Source: an uncultured Planctomycetales bacterium | GTDB taxonomy: Bacteria > Omnitrophota > Gorgyraeia > Zapsychrales > CAYRXT01 | Direction: 5' to 3' | Assembly (NCBI GenBank): GCA_964428315.1 | Contig: CAYRXT010000002.1 | Location: 6,859-70,858 of the forward strand | DNA length: 64,000 nucleotides | Shown: positions 9,408 to 17,669 of the stretch, piece by piece | Position numbering within the stretch: position 1 is the first letter of the stretch | Layout: each line of letters starts with the position of its first letter | Made by a program: the position numbers and the translations under genes | Notes under the pieces: model-generated | What the model was told of the DNA's origin: nothing | Database searches by the model: none | What the model saw: only the letters and a program-made list of their open reading frames with translations

Positions 9408-11365
9408 TCACGCTGGAGAACATTTCCAAAGATTACGACGGGCGGACCCTTTTGGATGACGTCACCCTGAGCCTGTTCCCCAACGAGAAGGTCGGCCTTA
9501 CCGGTCCGAACGGGGCGGGCAAGACCACGCTGTTTTCCATTATCCTCGGGGAGGTCCAGCCCAGCGGAGGGAGTGTGACGGTCCAGAAGAACATCCGCGC
9601 CGGTTATCTGCCGCAGGAGGCGCGGTTCGATTCGCGGCATTCGGTGCTTGAGGAGGTCTCGCGGGGCGACGACCACATGCGCCGGCTCCTTGCCGAAAAG
9701 AGGGAGCTGGAAGACGCGCACAAGGCGGACAGCATGCGTTACGGCGACATCCTCGCGGAACTGGAAACCCTGGGTCTCTACGAGCTCGAGCACCGCGCCG
9801 AGAAGGTCCTGGCCGGGCTGGGGTTCGCGCCCTCCGACATGGATCGGCCCGTCGCCTCGCTGAGCGGCGGCTGGCAGATGCGCACGCTCCTCGCCAAGCT
9901 CCTGGTCTATCCCTACGATATCCTGCTTCTCGACGAGCCGACCAACTACCTCGACCTGGACGCGACCCTGTGGCTGAAGGATTACCTGACCGGATACGCC
10001 GGGACCTTTGTCGTGATCTCGCACGACAAAGTTTTTCTGAACGACGTGACGAATTACACCATCGTCGTGGACTTCGGACAGCTGATCAAGGTGAAGGGGA
10101 ATTACGAGAATTATGAAAGGATGAAGGAGGGCCGGCTCCGGACCCTGGGGAAAAAAAAGAAACAGTTGGACAAAAGACGCCGGCAGCTCGAACGTTTCAC
10201 CCAGCGGTTCCACGCCCAGCCTAACCGGGCCTCGGCGGTACGCAACAAACGCAAGATGATCGAACGCATGGAAGACATCGAACTGCCTCGGGAGCGATCC
10301 AGCATCGAGGACTTCGAATTCATACAGACGCCCCGCAGCGGCTACACGGTGGCGCGTCTGGAGAATGTCGACAAATCCTTCGGGGATATCCGCGTCTACC
10401 GGGAATTGAACCTCGAGGTCTCACGGGGGCAGAAGCTCTGTCTGGTCGGCCCCAACGGGGCGGGCAAGTCCACGCTCCTGAAGATGATCGCCGGCGTTGT
10501 CCCGCCGGACGAGGGGCGGATCCAGCTCGGCCATAATGTCCAGCGCGGTTATTTTTCCCAGACGCGTCTCGACGTCCTGAATCCCCACCGCAACGTCCTG
10601 GAAGAGGTCTGCTCGGCGGCGTCGGGCAACGTCCCGGCGGTCAAGGTCCGCACGCTTCTGGGGGTCTTCCATTTCCAGGGGGACGACGTCTTCAAACCGG
10701 TCGGCGTTCTTTCCGGCGGGGAGAAGAGCCGGGTGATCCTGGCGAAGCTCCTCGTGAATCCGCCCAACTTTATCCTGCTGGACGAGCCGACGACGCACCT
10801 GGATATCGACGGGGTGGAGGCCCTGACCCGCGCCTTCCGGGACTATCAGGGGACGCTGTGTTTCATCAGCCACGACCTGTTCTTTGTCCGCGAGATCGCC
10901 AACACCATCATCGAGGTCCGGGACGGGCAGACCCGGCATTATCCCGGCGGCTTGAACTATTATCTCGACAAGAAGGCCGGCCGGGAGGCGCAGGCCTCGC
11001 GGGTCCGGGAAGGGAAAAAGAAGGAAGAGAAAAGGATCAAGAAGGAAGCCCGGCGCGCGGAGCGCGAGAAGACCAGCGCCGTCACCGAGGCTTTGCACCG
11101 GCAACACCGCGAGGCCAAGAGACGCATCGCCGCTATCAAGAAAGAGGTCCGGGACCTGGAGAACGAGAAAAACGAGCTGGAGACCGAAAACTACGTGAAG
11201 GCGCGGGTGATTTCCAGTCCGTCCGGGCGCCGGGACGGAGAATTGTTGAAAGAATACGGAGAGAGGTTAAAATATATTCAGCGGAGGCTGAGGGCTGTCG
11301 AGCGCACGATCGGTGACCTGAACGCGGAAAAGGAGTCCATCGAGAAAGGACAAAACGCCAAATGA
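9404..11365 (+). CDS. ABC-F family ATPase
   Basis: Two NBDs (GPNGAGKTT/LSGGW/LLDEPTN and GPNGAGKST/LSGGE/LLDEPT), no TM domain, C-terminal coiled coil. Confidence 0.93.
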   Translation: MITLENISKDYDGRTLLDDVTLSLFPNEKVGLTGPNGAGKTTLFSIILGEVQPSGGSVTVQKNIRAGYLPQEARFDSRHSVLEEVSRGDDHMRRLLAEKRELEDAHKADSMRYGDILAELETLGLYELEHRAEKVLAGLGFAPSDMDRPVASLSGGWQMRTLLAKLLVYPYDILLLDEPTNYLDLDATLWLKDYLTGYAGTFVVISHDKVFLNDVTNYTIVVDFGQLIKVKGNYENYERMKEGRLRTLGKKKKQLDKRRRQLERFTQRFHAQPNRASAVRNKRKMIERMEDIELPRERSSIEDFEFIQTPRSGYTVARLENVDKSFGDIRVYRELNLEVSRGQKLCLVGPNGAGKSTLLKMIAGVVPPDEGRIQLGHNVQRGYFSQTRLDVLNPHRNVLEEVCSAASGNVPAVKVRTLLGVFHFQGDDVFKPVGVLSGGEKSRVILAKLLVNPPNFILLDEPTTHLDIDGVEALTRAFRDYQGTLCFISHDLFFVREIANTIIEVRDGQTRHYPGGLNYYLDKKAGREAQASRVREGKKKEEKRIKKEARRAEREKTSAVTEALHRQHREAKRRIAAIKKEVRDLENEKNELETENYVKARVISSPSGRRDGELLKEYGERLKYIQRRLRAVERTIGDLNAEKESIEKGQNAK

Positions 11366-11763
11366 CAATGAAACGCAAGATGATGCTGCTTTGCGCGGTT
11401 TTCGTTTTTTCTTCCGGCTGCGGCTACCTGGCCCACATGCGGGAACTGCTCACGCTCAAGAGGCTGTCCCAGAACCAGGATGAGCAGGAGAAGTTCGTCG
11501 AGGAGACGGATAAGCATTTCGAGGAACTGATGGAGGCGGTCCGCTCGGGAGCGATCGGGGATTACGAGGACCAGGAGGCCGTCCGCCGGGCGTTCGGCGA
11601 GCCCATCTACGTCGAGGAGCTTCCTCCGGGCGGACCGGCGCGGGAAAAATGGCTTTACCGCTACGCCGTCCATTACGACCGGGAGAAGGTGTATCTCTTT
11701 TTCGACGGGGATGGCGGGCTGTCGGACTGGACGCTGGTGCCGGCTCAAAGAGGAGGAGAATGA
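11362..11763 (+). CDS. Lipoprotein with possible BamE/SmpA-like C-terminal fold
   Basis: Lipobox SSGC after a short signal peptide; AFGEP...EKWLY...VYLFFD pattern. Confidence 0.65.
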   Translation: MTMKRKMMLLCAVFVFSSGCGYLAHMRELLTLKRLSQNQDEQEKFVEETDKHFEELMEAVRSGAIGDYEDQEAVRRAFGEPIYVEELPPGGPAREKWLYRYAVHYDREKVYLFFDGDGGLSDWTLVPAQRGGE

Positions 11764-12056
11764 TGAGAGGGATCACCGTTGAGAGGATTTCCGGGGATAA
11801 AAAGAGGGAAATGAACATACCGGAGGAGCCGGCCGATACCGCGGAGTGGTCGACGTGGGAATGCGGCCCGTCCGCCTTCGACTGGCATTACAGCGACACG
11901 GAGGTCGCTTACGTGTACGAGGGGCGGGTCGTGGTCAGGACGGCGGGGGGGGAAGAGATCGAGGTCAGGGCCGGCGACCTCGTCACGTTCCCCGAGGGGC
12001 TGGACTGCACCTGGCAGGTCAAAGAGAAGATAAAGAAAGTTTATTGTTTCCGTTAA
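11760..12056 (+). CDS. Cupin_3 (DUF861/EutQ-like) protein
   Basis: WSTWEC..FDWHY..E.AYVYEG..GDLVTFP.G..CTW; SD AGGAGG; ATGA overlap with the lipoprotein stop. Confidence 0.88.
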   Translation: MMRGITVERISGDKKREMNIPEEPADTAEWSTWECGPSAFDWHYSDTEVAYVYEGRVVVRTAGGEEIEVRAGDLVTFPEGLDCTWQVKEKIKKVYCFR

Positions 12057-12101
12057 AGGTAAAGGAAGAACGGAAGAGTTGAGCGCGGGGGACGAAGGAT
12101 T

Positions 12102-12245
12102 ATGGGAAAACGTTCAAAGAGACAGAAGTACAAGCTGGACCCGAAGAAGTTCGAGGCCGGTGGTTCGCAAAAAAAGGAAAAGGACCCGAAGGGCGAGGAT
12201 CTCTTCAACGAGGCCCTGCGCGGCAAACCCGGCCGGCGCAGGTAG
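12102..12245 (+). CDS. Small basic protein (47 aa), not in the ORF track
   Basis: MGKRSKRQKYKLDPKKFEAGGSQKKEKDPKGEDLFNEALRGKPGRRR*; GAAGGA upstream; GC3-rich codons like neighbouring genes. Confidence 0.55.
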   Translation: MGKRSKRQKYKLDPKKFEAGGSQKKEKDPKGEDLFNEALRGKPGRRR

Positions 12246-12259
12246 GCGCCGCGGGGGTG

Positions 12260-12285
12260 CGACCTGTTCCACCTCGTAGGTGGAA
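12260..12285 (+). repeat. Palindromic REP-like repeat, left copy
   Basis: CGACCTGTTCCACCTCGTAGGTGGAA with internal hairpin TTCCACCT-CGT-AGGTGGAA; 25/26 identical to the reverse complement of 12981-13006. Confidence 0.85.
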
Positions 12286-12335
12286 ATGGTTGGCGCTGAT
12301 TCTATCATTCTGATCAAAACAATCCTGTCGCGGAC

Positions 12336-13037
12336 ATGAACCAGGAAAAAGACCTCAAGAAACTGCTTCCCGATTTCTACCGGCGGCTGTTCAGGCGTTT
12401 CGGGCCGCAGGGGTGGTGGCCGGGCCGCACCCGCCTGGAGATTATCGTCGGGGCCGTCCTTACCCAGAACACCAGCTGGGCCAACGTGGAGCGGGCGATA
12501 CGAAACCTGCGAAAGGCCGGACTGCTGAACTATCAGGCCTTAATCCGGGCGCGGACCGGGGATATCGCCCGGGCGCTCCGGCCAGCCGGTTACTTTAATA
12601 TCAAGACCCGCCGGCTGAAAAATATTCTGGATTACCTCGAGACGCGTTACCGGGGCGACCTCGGGCGGATGGCGCGCCGGGACACCGCGGTACTGCGCGA
12701 TGAACTGCTGGCCGTCAACGGGATCGGGCCGGAGACCGCGGATTCCATCTTGCTTTACGCCTTCGGCCGTCCGGTCTTTGTCGTCGACGCCTACACGAAA
12801 AGGATACTTGAGCGCCACGGGTTGACCAGCGGTCCGGCGGATTATCATGGCGTCCAGGCGCTGTTTTCGGACAACCTGAAGGGAAGCGCGGCGTTGTTCA
12901 ACGAATACCACGCCCTGATCGTGCGCGCGGGCAAGGATTTCTGCCGGAGCCGGCCGCTCTGCGCGGGATGCCCGCTTGAGTTCCACCTACGAGGTGGAAC
13001 GGGTCGGGTTAGGCTGGTAGACCATGCCCACACTTAA
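12336..13037 (+). CDS. HhH-GPD DNA glycosylase (endonuclease III-like)
   Basis: GAVLTQNTSW, GIGPETADSILLYA, VVDAYTKR; C-terminal C-x5-C-x2-C with only three cysteines. Confidence 0.9.
   Translation: MNQEKDLKKLLPDFYRRLFRRFGPQGWWPGRTRLEIIVGAVLTQNTSWANVERAIRNLRKAGLLNYQALIRARTGDIARALRPAGYFNIKTRRLKNILDYLETRYRGDLGRMARRDTAVLRDELLAVNGIGPETADSILLYAFGRPVFVVDAYTKRILERHGLTSGPADYHGVQALFSDNLKGSAALFNEYHALIVRAGKDFCRSRPLCAGCPLEFHLRGGTGRVRLVDHAHT
12981..13006 (-). repeat. Palindromic REP-like repeat, right (inverted) copy inside the 3' end of the glycosylase gene
   Basis: TTCCACCTACGAGGTGGAACGGGTCG is the reverse complement of 12260-12285 with one mismatch. Confidence 0.85.
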
Positions 13038-15753
13038 CGAAAAATTTCTGGAGGCGTGCCGCAAAGGCGGCGGCAGAGAGGTCTTTATCCGGATTTCGGA
13101 AGGCTCCCGGGAGACGTGCACCTACACGGAACTCAAAGACCGCGCGGTCAGTGTCGCCGCCTGGCTCAGAGGGCAGGGATTTAAAAAGGGCGGACGCGTG
13201 ATGATCGTCATGGACAACGGACCCGAATGGGTCATGGTCTATTTCGGGATACTCCTTGCCGGGGGCGTCTGCGTACCCCTGGACCCGCAGACCGGGCTGG
13301 AAGATGTCCAGGGCTTCATCAAGGACGCCGGCGCCAGGATGTGTTTCTGTTCCGGGAAGACGTTCGGGAAATGGTCCGGAAAGCCGTCCGGGATCGATCA
13401 TCTTGTGCGCTGCGGCGGACGGCAAAAAGAAGACGGGATCCTGTCCCTCGAGGAGGTGTTCGCATCGGGCGGGAGGGAGGCGGACGCCAAACTTCCCCCC
13501 GTCCAGGAAGGTGACACGGCGGCCGTCCTCTATTCATCGGGCACGACCTCCGACCCCAAGGGGGTCGAACTGAGCCACCGGAATTTCTGGTCCAATTACC
13601 GGAGCATCCACAACCTCCATATCTGCTCGTCGAGTGACGTCTTTATTGATATCCTGCCGCTGTTCCACGCCTACGCCTTTATGGCCAGCCTGGTAGTCCC
13701 CTTTTTCGAGGGCGCCCGCGTCGTCTTTCCGGCCTCCATGCAAAGCGAGGTCATCCTCGAAGCGGTGCGCGCCGGAGGGGTCACGATCCTCGTCGGGGTC
13801 CCGGAACTGTTCAATAAAATTCACCGGTCTATCCTCCAGAAGGTCCGGGGCTTGTCCGCGCCCAAGCGGGCTCTCCTGAAAATCGCCGGCGGGCTGGGAT
13901 GGGCGATTCGCCGGACGACAGGGGTCAACCTGTTAAGGGCGGTTTACCACCCTGTCCATCAGCGATTCGGGAACAAGCTGCGTTATATGATCAGCGGCGG
14001 CGCGCGCCTGGATCCCGGCGTGGCCGGGGACTTCCAGCGTCTCGGTTTTCGGATCATCGAAGGATACGGCCTGACCGAGACATCGCCCATCGTGAGCCTG
14101 AACCCGCCGGAACGTCCCAGGATCGGGTCGGCGGGCAGGCCCCTGCGCGAAGTGGAGGTGCGCATCGCCGAGCGCGAAGAGTCCGGTCACGGCGAGATTC
14201 TGGTCCGGGGCGAGAACGTGATGAAGGGCTATTACGGTAAACCCCGTTTGACGCGGGAGAGCGTCCGCGCCGGATGGTTCCACACCGGCGATCTGGGTTA
14301 TCTGGACAGGGACGGCTATCTTTTTATCAGCGGCCGGAAGAAAGAGGTCATCGTCCTGGGGTCGGGAAAGAACATCTTTCCCGACGAGATCGAGAAACAG
14401 TACCTGAAAAGCCCGGTGATCGCGGAGCTGGGCGTTTTCTTATCGGAGAAGAAGGGCGACGAGGGCCTGCGCGCGGTGGCGGTGCCGGATTTCGAACATT
14501 TCCGTGAAAGCGGCCAGGTGAACATCCGCGAAAAGATCAAATGGGATATTGAGAACATTTCCCGGGAGATGCCCAGCTACAAACGGATCAACGGATTTGT
14601 TATTTCCAAAGAAGAACTGCCGAAGACCAGGCTCGGCAAGATCAAGCGTTATCATCTCCCCGCGATTTACGATGACTGGAGGGAGAAGAGCTCCCGGGAA
14701 GACACGGACGAAGGAACCGTGCATTCCGCCATTAGTCAAAGCGCCGTCGGACAGGAGGTCATCTCGTTTCTTAAGGAAGAGCTGGAGATCAGCCGGCCAT
14801 TGCGGTCCGACGACCACCTGGAGCTCGATCTGGGGATCGATTCGCTGACGCGCGTCGAACTGCTGTCCGCGCTCGAAAAGAGGTTCCAGGTCCGCGTTCC
14901 CGATGAGGCCATGGTGGAGATCACGAACCTCGAAGACCTGATCGTCAAGATCGAGACCCTGCGCAAGACGGGCGGGCTCAAAGGCCCGAAGGCGAAGCGA
15001 TCGGAAAGCGATTACTGGCAGGAGGTGCTCTTTTCAGAGTTGCCGGAGGAGGCGAGACGCAAGGCCGATCTCTCGCCCTCGCGGTTCAACCGGGCGGTGA
15101 GTCTTGTCCTGAAAAATGTCATCTGGGGGGTCTTCAAGGCGTGCGGACGGATTCAGGTTTTTGGACGGGAGCGGATCCCGCGGGCGGGCCCATGCATTTT
15201 CGTCTGCAACCACAGCAGTTATCTCGACGCCTTCGCGGTGATCGCCGGCCTGCCCTTCGAGACGGCCCTGCAGACGTATTTCATAGGGACGAGGGACATC
15301 TTTGAACACCGGGCCATCCGCTGGGCCAACCGTTTCATCCGGGTCATCACGATCGATTCGGCCGCCGAGCTGATCAAGTCCATGCAGGCTTCCAGTTACG
15401 TCCTTCGCGACGACAAGATCCTCTGCCTGTTCCCGGAGGGACAGCGCTCCATCGACGGGCGCGTACAGCCTTTCAAAAAGGGCATCGGGATCCTAGGGAA
15501 AGAACTGGGCGTCAGGATCGTCCCGGTGGCCGTATGGGGCACGCACCGCGCCTGGCCGCGCGGGGTGCGTTTTCCCCGTCCGCACGCCATACGGGTGGCT
15601 TTCGGTGAATCCGTCGAACCGAAGGCATTGCTGGAGAAAGAGGGTTCTCCCGAGGGAGGGAAGGCCTACCAGGCCATCACCGGACGCCTGCAGGACATCG
15701 TCATCGATCTGTATGACGGCCTCCGACGTGCGGACAGGGACGGGACGCGATGA
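13024..15753 (+). CDS. Fused long-chain acyl-CoA/ACP synthetase - acyl carrier domain - PlsC-type acyltransferase
   Basis: YSSGTTSDPKG, EGYGLTETSP, FHTGDLG (adenylation); DLGIDSL (phosphopantetheine Ser); NHSSYLD and FPEGQRS (acyltransferase). Confidence 0.92.
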   Translation: MPTLNEKFLEACRKGGGREVFIRISEGSRETCTYTELKDRAVSVAAWLRGQGFKKGGRVMIVMDNGPEWVMVYFGILLAGGVCVPLDPQTGLEDVQGFIKDAGARMCFCSGKTFGKWSGKPSGIDHLVRCGGRQKEDGILSLEEVFASGGREADAKLPPVQEGDTAAVLYSSGTTSDPKGVELSHRNFWSNYRSIHNLHICSSSDVFIDILPLFHAYAFMASLVVPFFEGARVVFPASMQSEVILEAVRAGGVTILVGVPELFNKIHRSILQKVRGLSAPKRALLKIAGGLGWAIRRTTGVNLLRAVYHPVHQRFGNKLRYMISGGARLDPGVAGDFQRLGFRIIEGYGLTETSPIVSLNPPERPRIGSAGRPLREVEVRIAEREESGHGEILVRGENVMKGYYGKPRLTRESVRAGWFHTGDLGYLDRDGYLFISGRKKEVIVLGSGKNIFPDEIEKQYLKSPVIAELGVFLSEKKGDEGLRAVAVPDFEHFRESGQVNIREKIKWDIENISREMPSYKRINGFVISKEELPKTRLGKIKRYHLPAIYDDWREKSSREDTDEGTVHSAISQSAVGQEVISFLKEELEISRPLRSDDHLELDLGIDSLTRVELLSALEKRFQVRVPDEAMVEITNLEDLIVKIETLRKTGGLKGPKAKRSESDYWQEVLFSELPEEARRKADLSPSRFNRAVSLVLKNVIWGVFKACGRIQVFGRERIPRAGPCIFVCNHSSYLDAFAVIAGLPFETALQTYFIGTRDIFEHRAIRWANRFIRVITIDSAAELIKSMQASSYVLRDDKILCLFPEGQRSIDGRVQPFKKGIGILGKELGVRIVPVAVWGTHRAWPRGVRFPRPHAIRVAFGESVEPKALLEKEGSPEGGKAYQAITGRLQDIVIDLYDGLRRADRDGTR

Positions 15754-15841
15754 CCTGGAGTTCCCAAAACAGCGGGGGCATAACAAGGTTTCTCCATCCG
15801 CATCGCTTCGTGCACAGAAGGCAAACTTCACGGACAATAGG

Positions 15842-15871
15842 TTGTTCATGATTCGAGGTGTGTGTTATAGT
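15842..15871 (+). promoter_or_regulatory. Putative sigma70 promoter (extended -10) for the PilB-like gene
   Basis: TTGTTC-N18-TATAGT with TG at the extended position. Confidence 0.4.
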
Positions 15872-15932
15872 ATAGCGTCAGGATTGACGGAAAAGAAGAA
15901 ACGGAAGGCAATATCCCCAACGGAGAGAGACG

Positions 15933-17285
15933 ATGCTTCTTCTGCAACCCCTTTATGAACAGCTTCTGGCTTCCATCCAGCAGACTGAACAAAAGCCGGT
16001 TAAGTCGGTCTGGGGAAAAGGGACGGCCAGAAAAGCGCCGGACCAGGGCGCCCGGGAACAGGGCCTGACCAGCAAGGTGGCCAATATGATTCTTTCCCAG
16101 GGTGTTGAAGGCCGCGCCAGCGATATCCATCTGGAACAGAACGCGGGCGGTCTCAAGGTCCGTTACCGGATCGACGGTATCCTTTATGACGTCCTGGAGA
16201 TCGAGGCCGGCAACGCCCTGCCGGTGATCGCCCGGATCAAAGTCATTGCCAACCTGCCCACGGACATGATGAGCACGCGCCGGCCCATGGACGGGCGTTT
16301 CACCATGCGCAGCGGCGATCAGAATATCGATTTCCGCGTCAGCACTTTCCCGACGATCGAAGGGGAGAAGATGGTCATCCGCATCCTCCAGAAAGATCTG
16401 GATCTTTACTGTCTGGAAAGGATCGGGCTCCACCAGGACGATTTGCTGCGCGTGGCCAGGATGCTGAAACGGCGCGAAGGCCTGATCCTGGTCACGGGAC
16501 CGACGGGGTGCGGCAAGACCACGACACTGTACGCTATCCTTAACCAGCTGAACTCTCCCAAACGGAACATCCTGACGCTGGAAGACCCGGTCGAATACCG
16601 GATCTCCGGCATTAACCAGTGCGATATCCAGGTCAAGGCGGAATTCGATTTTGCCGAGGGCCTGAAGGCGGCCCTGCGGCAGGACCCCGACATCATCTTT
16701 GTCGGCGAGGTGCGTGACTCAGAGACCGCTGAGATCGCCCTGCGGGCTTCCCTGACGGGACACCTGGTGTTAAGCACGCTGCACGCCAACAGCGCCGTCG
16801 GGACCATGATCCGGCTGATCAATATGGGGCTGCAGTCGCACCTAGTGACCTATTCCCTGATCGGATCGATCTCACAGCGTCTTGTACGCAAGATCTGCAC
16901 GGCGTGCCGCAGGTCCTATACCCCGAACGCTGGCGAGTCCGCCATGCTGCAGATGATCGAGGAAGAACGGCAGGCGAAAAAGAAGGAGGATGAGGCCGTG
17001 TTGGAATACGAGACGGCGGGTCAGGAGACGCAGGTCAAAGGTTTCTTTAAAGGAGAAGGATGTCCGGAATGCGGGGGAACGGGATATAAGGGACGCCTTG
17101 GTCTTTTTGAGATCGTTATGATGGACAACGAACTGAGGGACGCCCTCTTGAGGGGCGCCACCACCTCGGAATTGCAGGAGGTCGTGGAACGCGGCGGCAC
17201 CCGCCCGATCGTGGTGGACGGGGTCCGGAAGGCCCGCCAGGGTCTGACAACCCTGGAGGAGGTTTTTGCCACGGCGGCGGACTGA
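15933..17285 (+). CDS. GspE/PilB family secretion/pilus assembly ATPase
   Basis: ASDIHLE, GPTGCGKTTT, TLEDPVE, LRQDPD, GHLVLSTLH, tetracysteine CTAC..CPEC. Confidence 0.92.
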   Translation: MLLLQPLYEQLLASIQQTEQKPVKSVWGKGTARKAPDQGAREQGLTSKVANMILSQGVEGRASDIHLEQNAGGLKVRYRIDGILYDVLEIEAGNALPVIARIKVIANLPTDMMSTRRPMDGRFTMRSGDQNIDFRVSTFPTIEGEKMVIRILQKDLDLYCLERIGLHQDDLLRVARMLKRREGLILVTGPTGCGKTTTLYAILNQLNSPKRNILTLEDPVEYRISGINQCDIQVKAEFDFAEGLKAALRQDPDIIFVGEVRDSETAEIALRASLTGHLVLSTLHANSAVGTMIRLINMGLQSHLVTYSLIGSISQRLVRKICTACRRSYTPNAGESAMLQMIEEERQAKKKEDEAVLEYETAGQETQVKGFFKGEGCPECGGTGYKGRLGLFEIVMMDNELRDALLRGATTSELQEVVERGGTRPIVVDGVRKARQGLTTLEEVFATAAD

Positions 17286-17665
17286 TGAAACGAATAGAAA
17301 TAAAAATTCATGATATACGCCTGGAGGCAGTCCTCAACGGTTCCTCAACCTCGGGACGGATATGGGACGCCCTCCCTATCAAATCCGTGACCAGCACATG
17401 GGGAGACGAGATCTATTTTCCGATACCGGTCAAGGCCGGTATCGAGGAAGGGTTCAACCAGGAGACCGTGGAGATCGGGGATATCGCGTTTTGGCCCGAG
17501 GAGAGCTGTTTTTGCCTGTTTTTCGGGCCCACGCCGGTCAGCGGTCACGGCGAGATCCGTCCGGCAAGCGCGGTGAATGTGGTCGGAAAGATCGAAGGGG
17601 ATTGGGAGCTGCTGAAAAAGATCCAGCCGGACCAGACGGTAGTCATCGACGAGTTAAGGGAGTAG
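17285..17665 (+). CDS. Cyclophilin-like fold protein (DUF369-type)
   Basis: WGDEIYF, GDIAFWP...CLFFGPTP, PASAVNVVG. Confidence 0.85.
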   Translation: MKRIEIKIHDIRLEAVLNGSSTSGRIWDALPIKSVTSTWGDEIYFPIPVKAGIEEGFNQETVEIGDIAFWPEESCFCLFFGPTPVSGHGEIRPASAVNVVGKIEGDWELLKKIQPDQTVVIDELRE

Positions 17666-17669
17666 TCAA

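Noticed and set aside
12079-12279. 66-aa ORF with TTG start from the ORF track
   Set aside because: Atypical composition and it runs into the repeat; the ATG ORF at 12102-12245 has better codon usage
15790-15840. GGCAAAC upstream of the PilB-like gene as a c-di-GMP-I riboswitch
   Set aside because: No GNRA-capped P2 or matching P3, and it lies upstream of the predicted promoter
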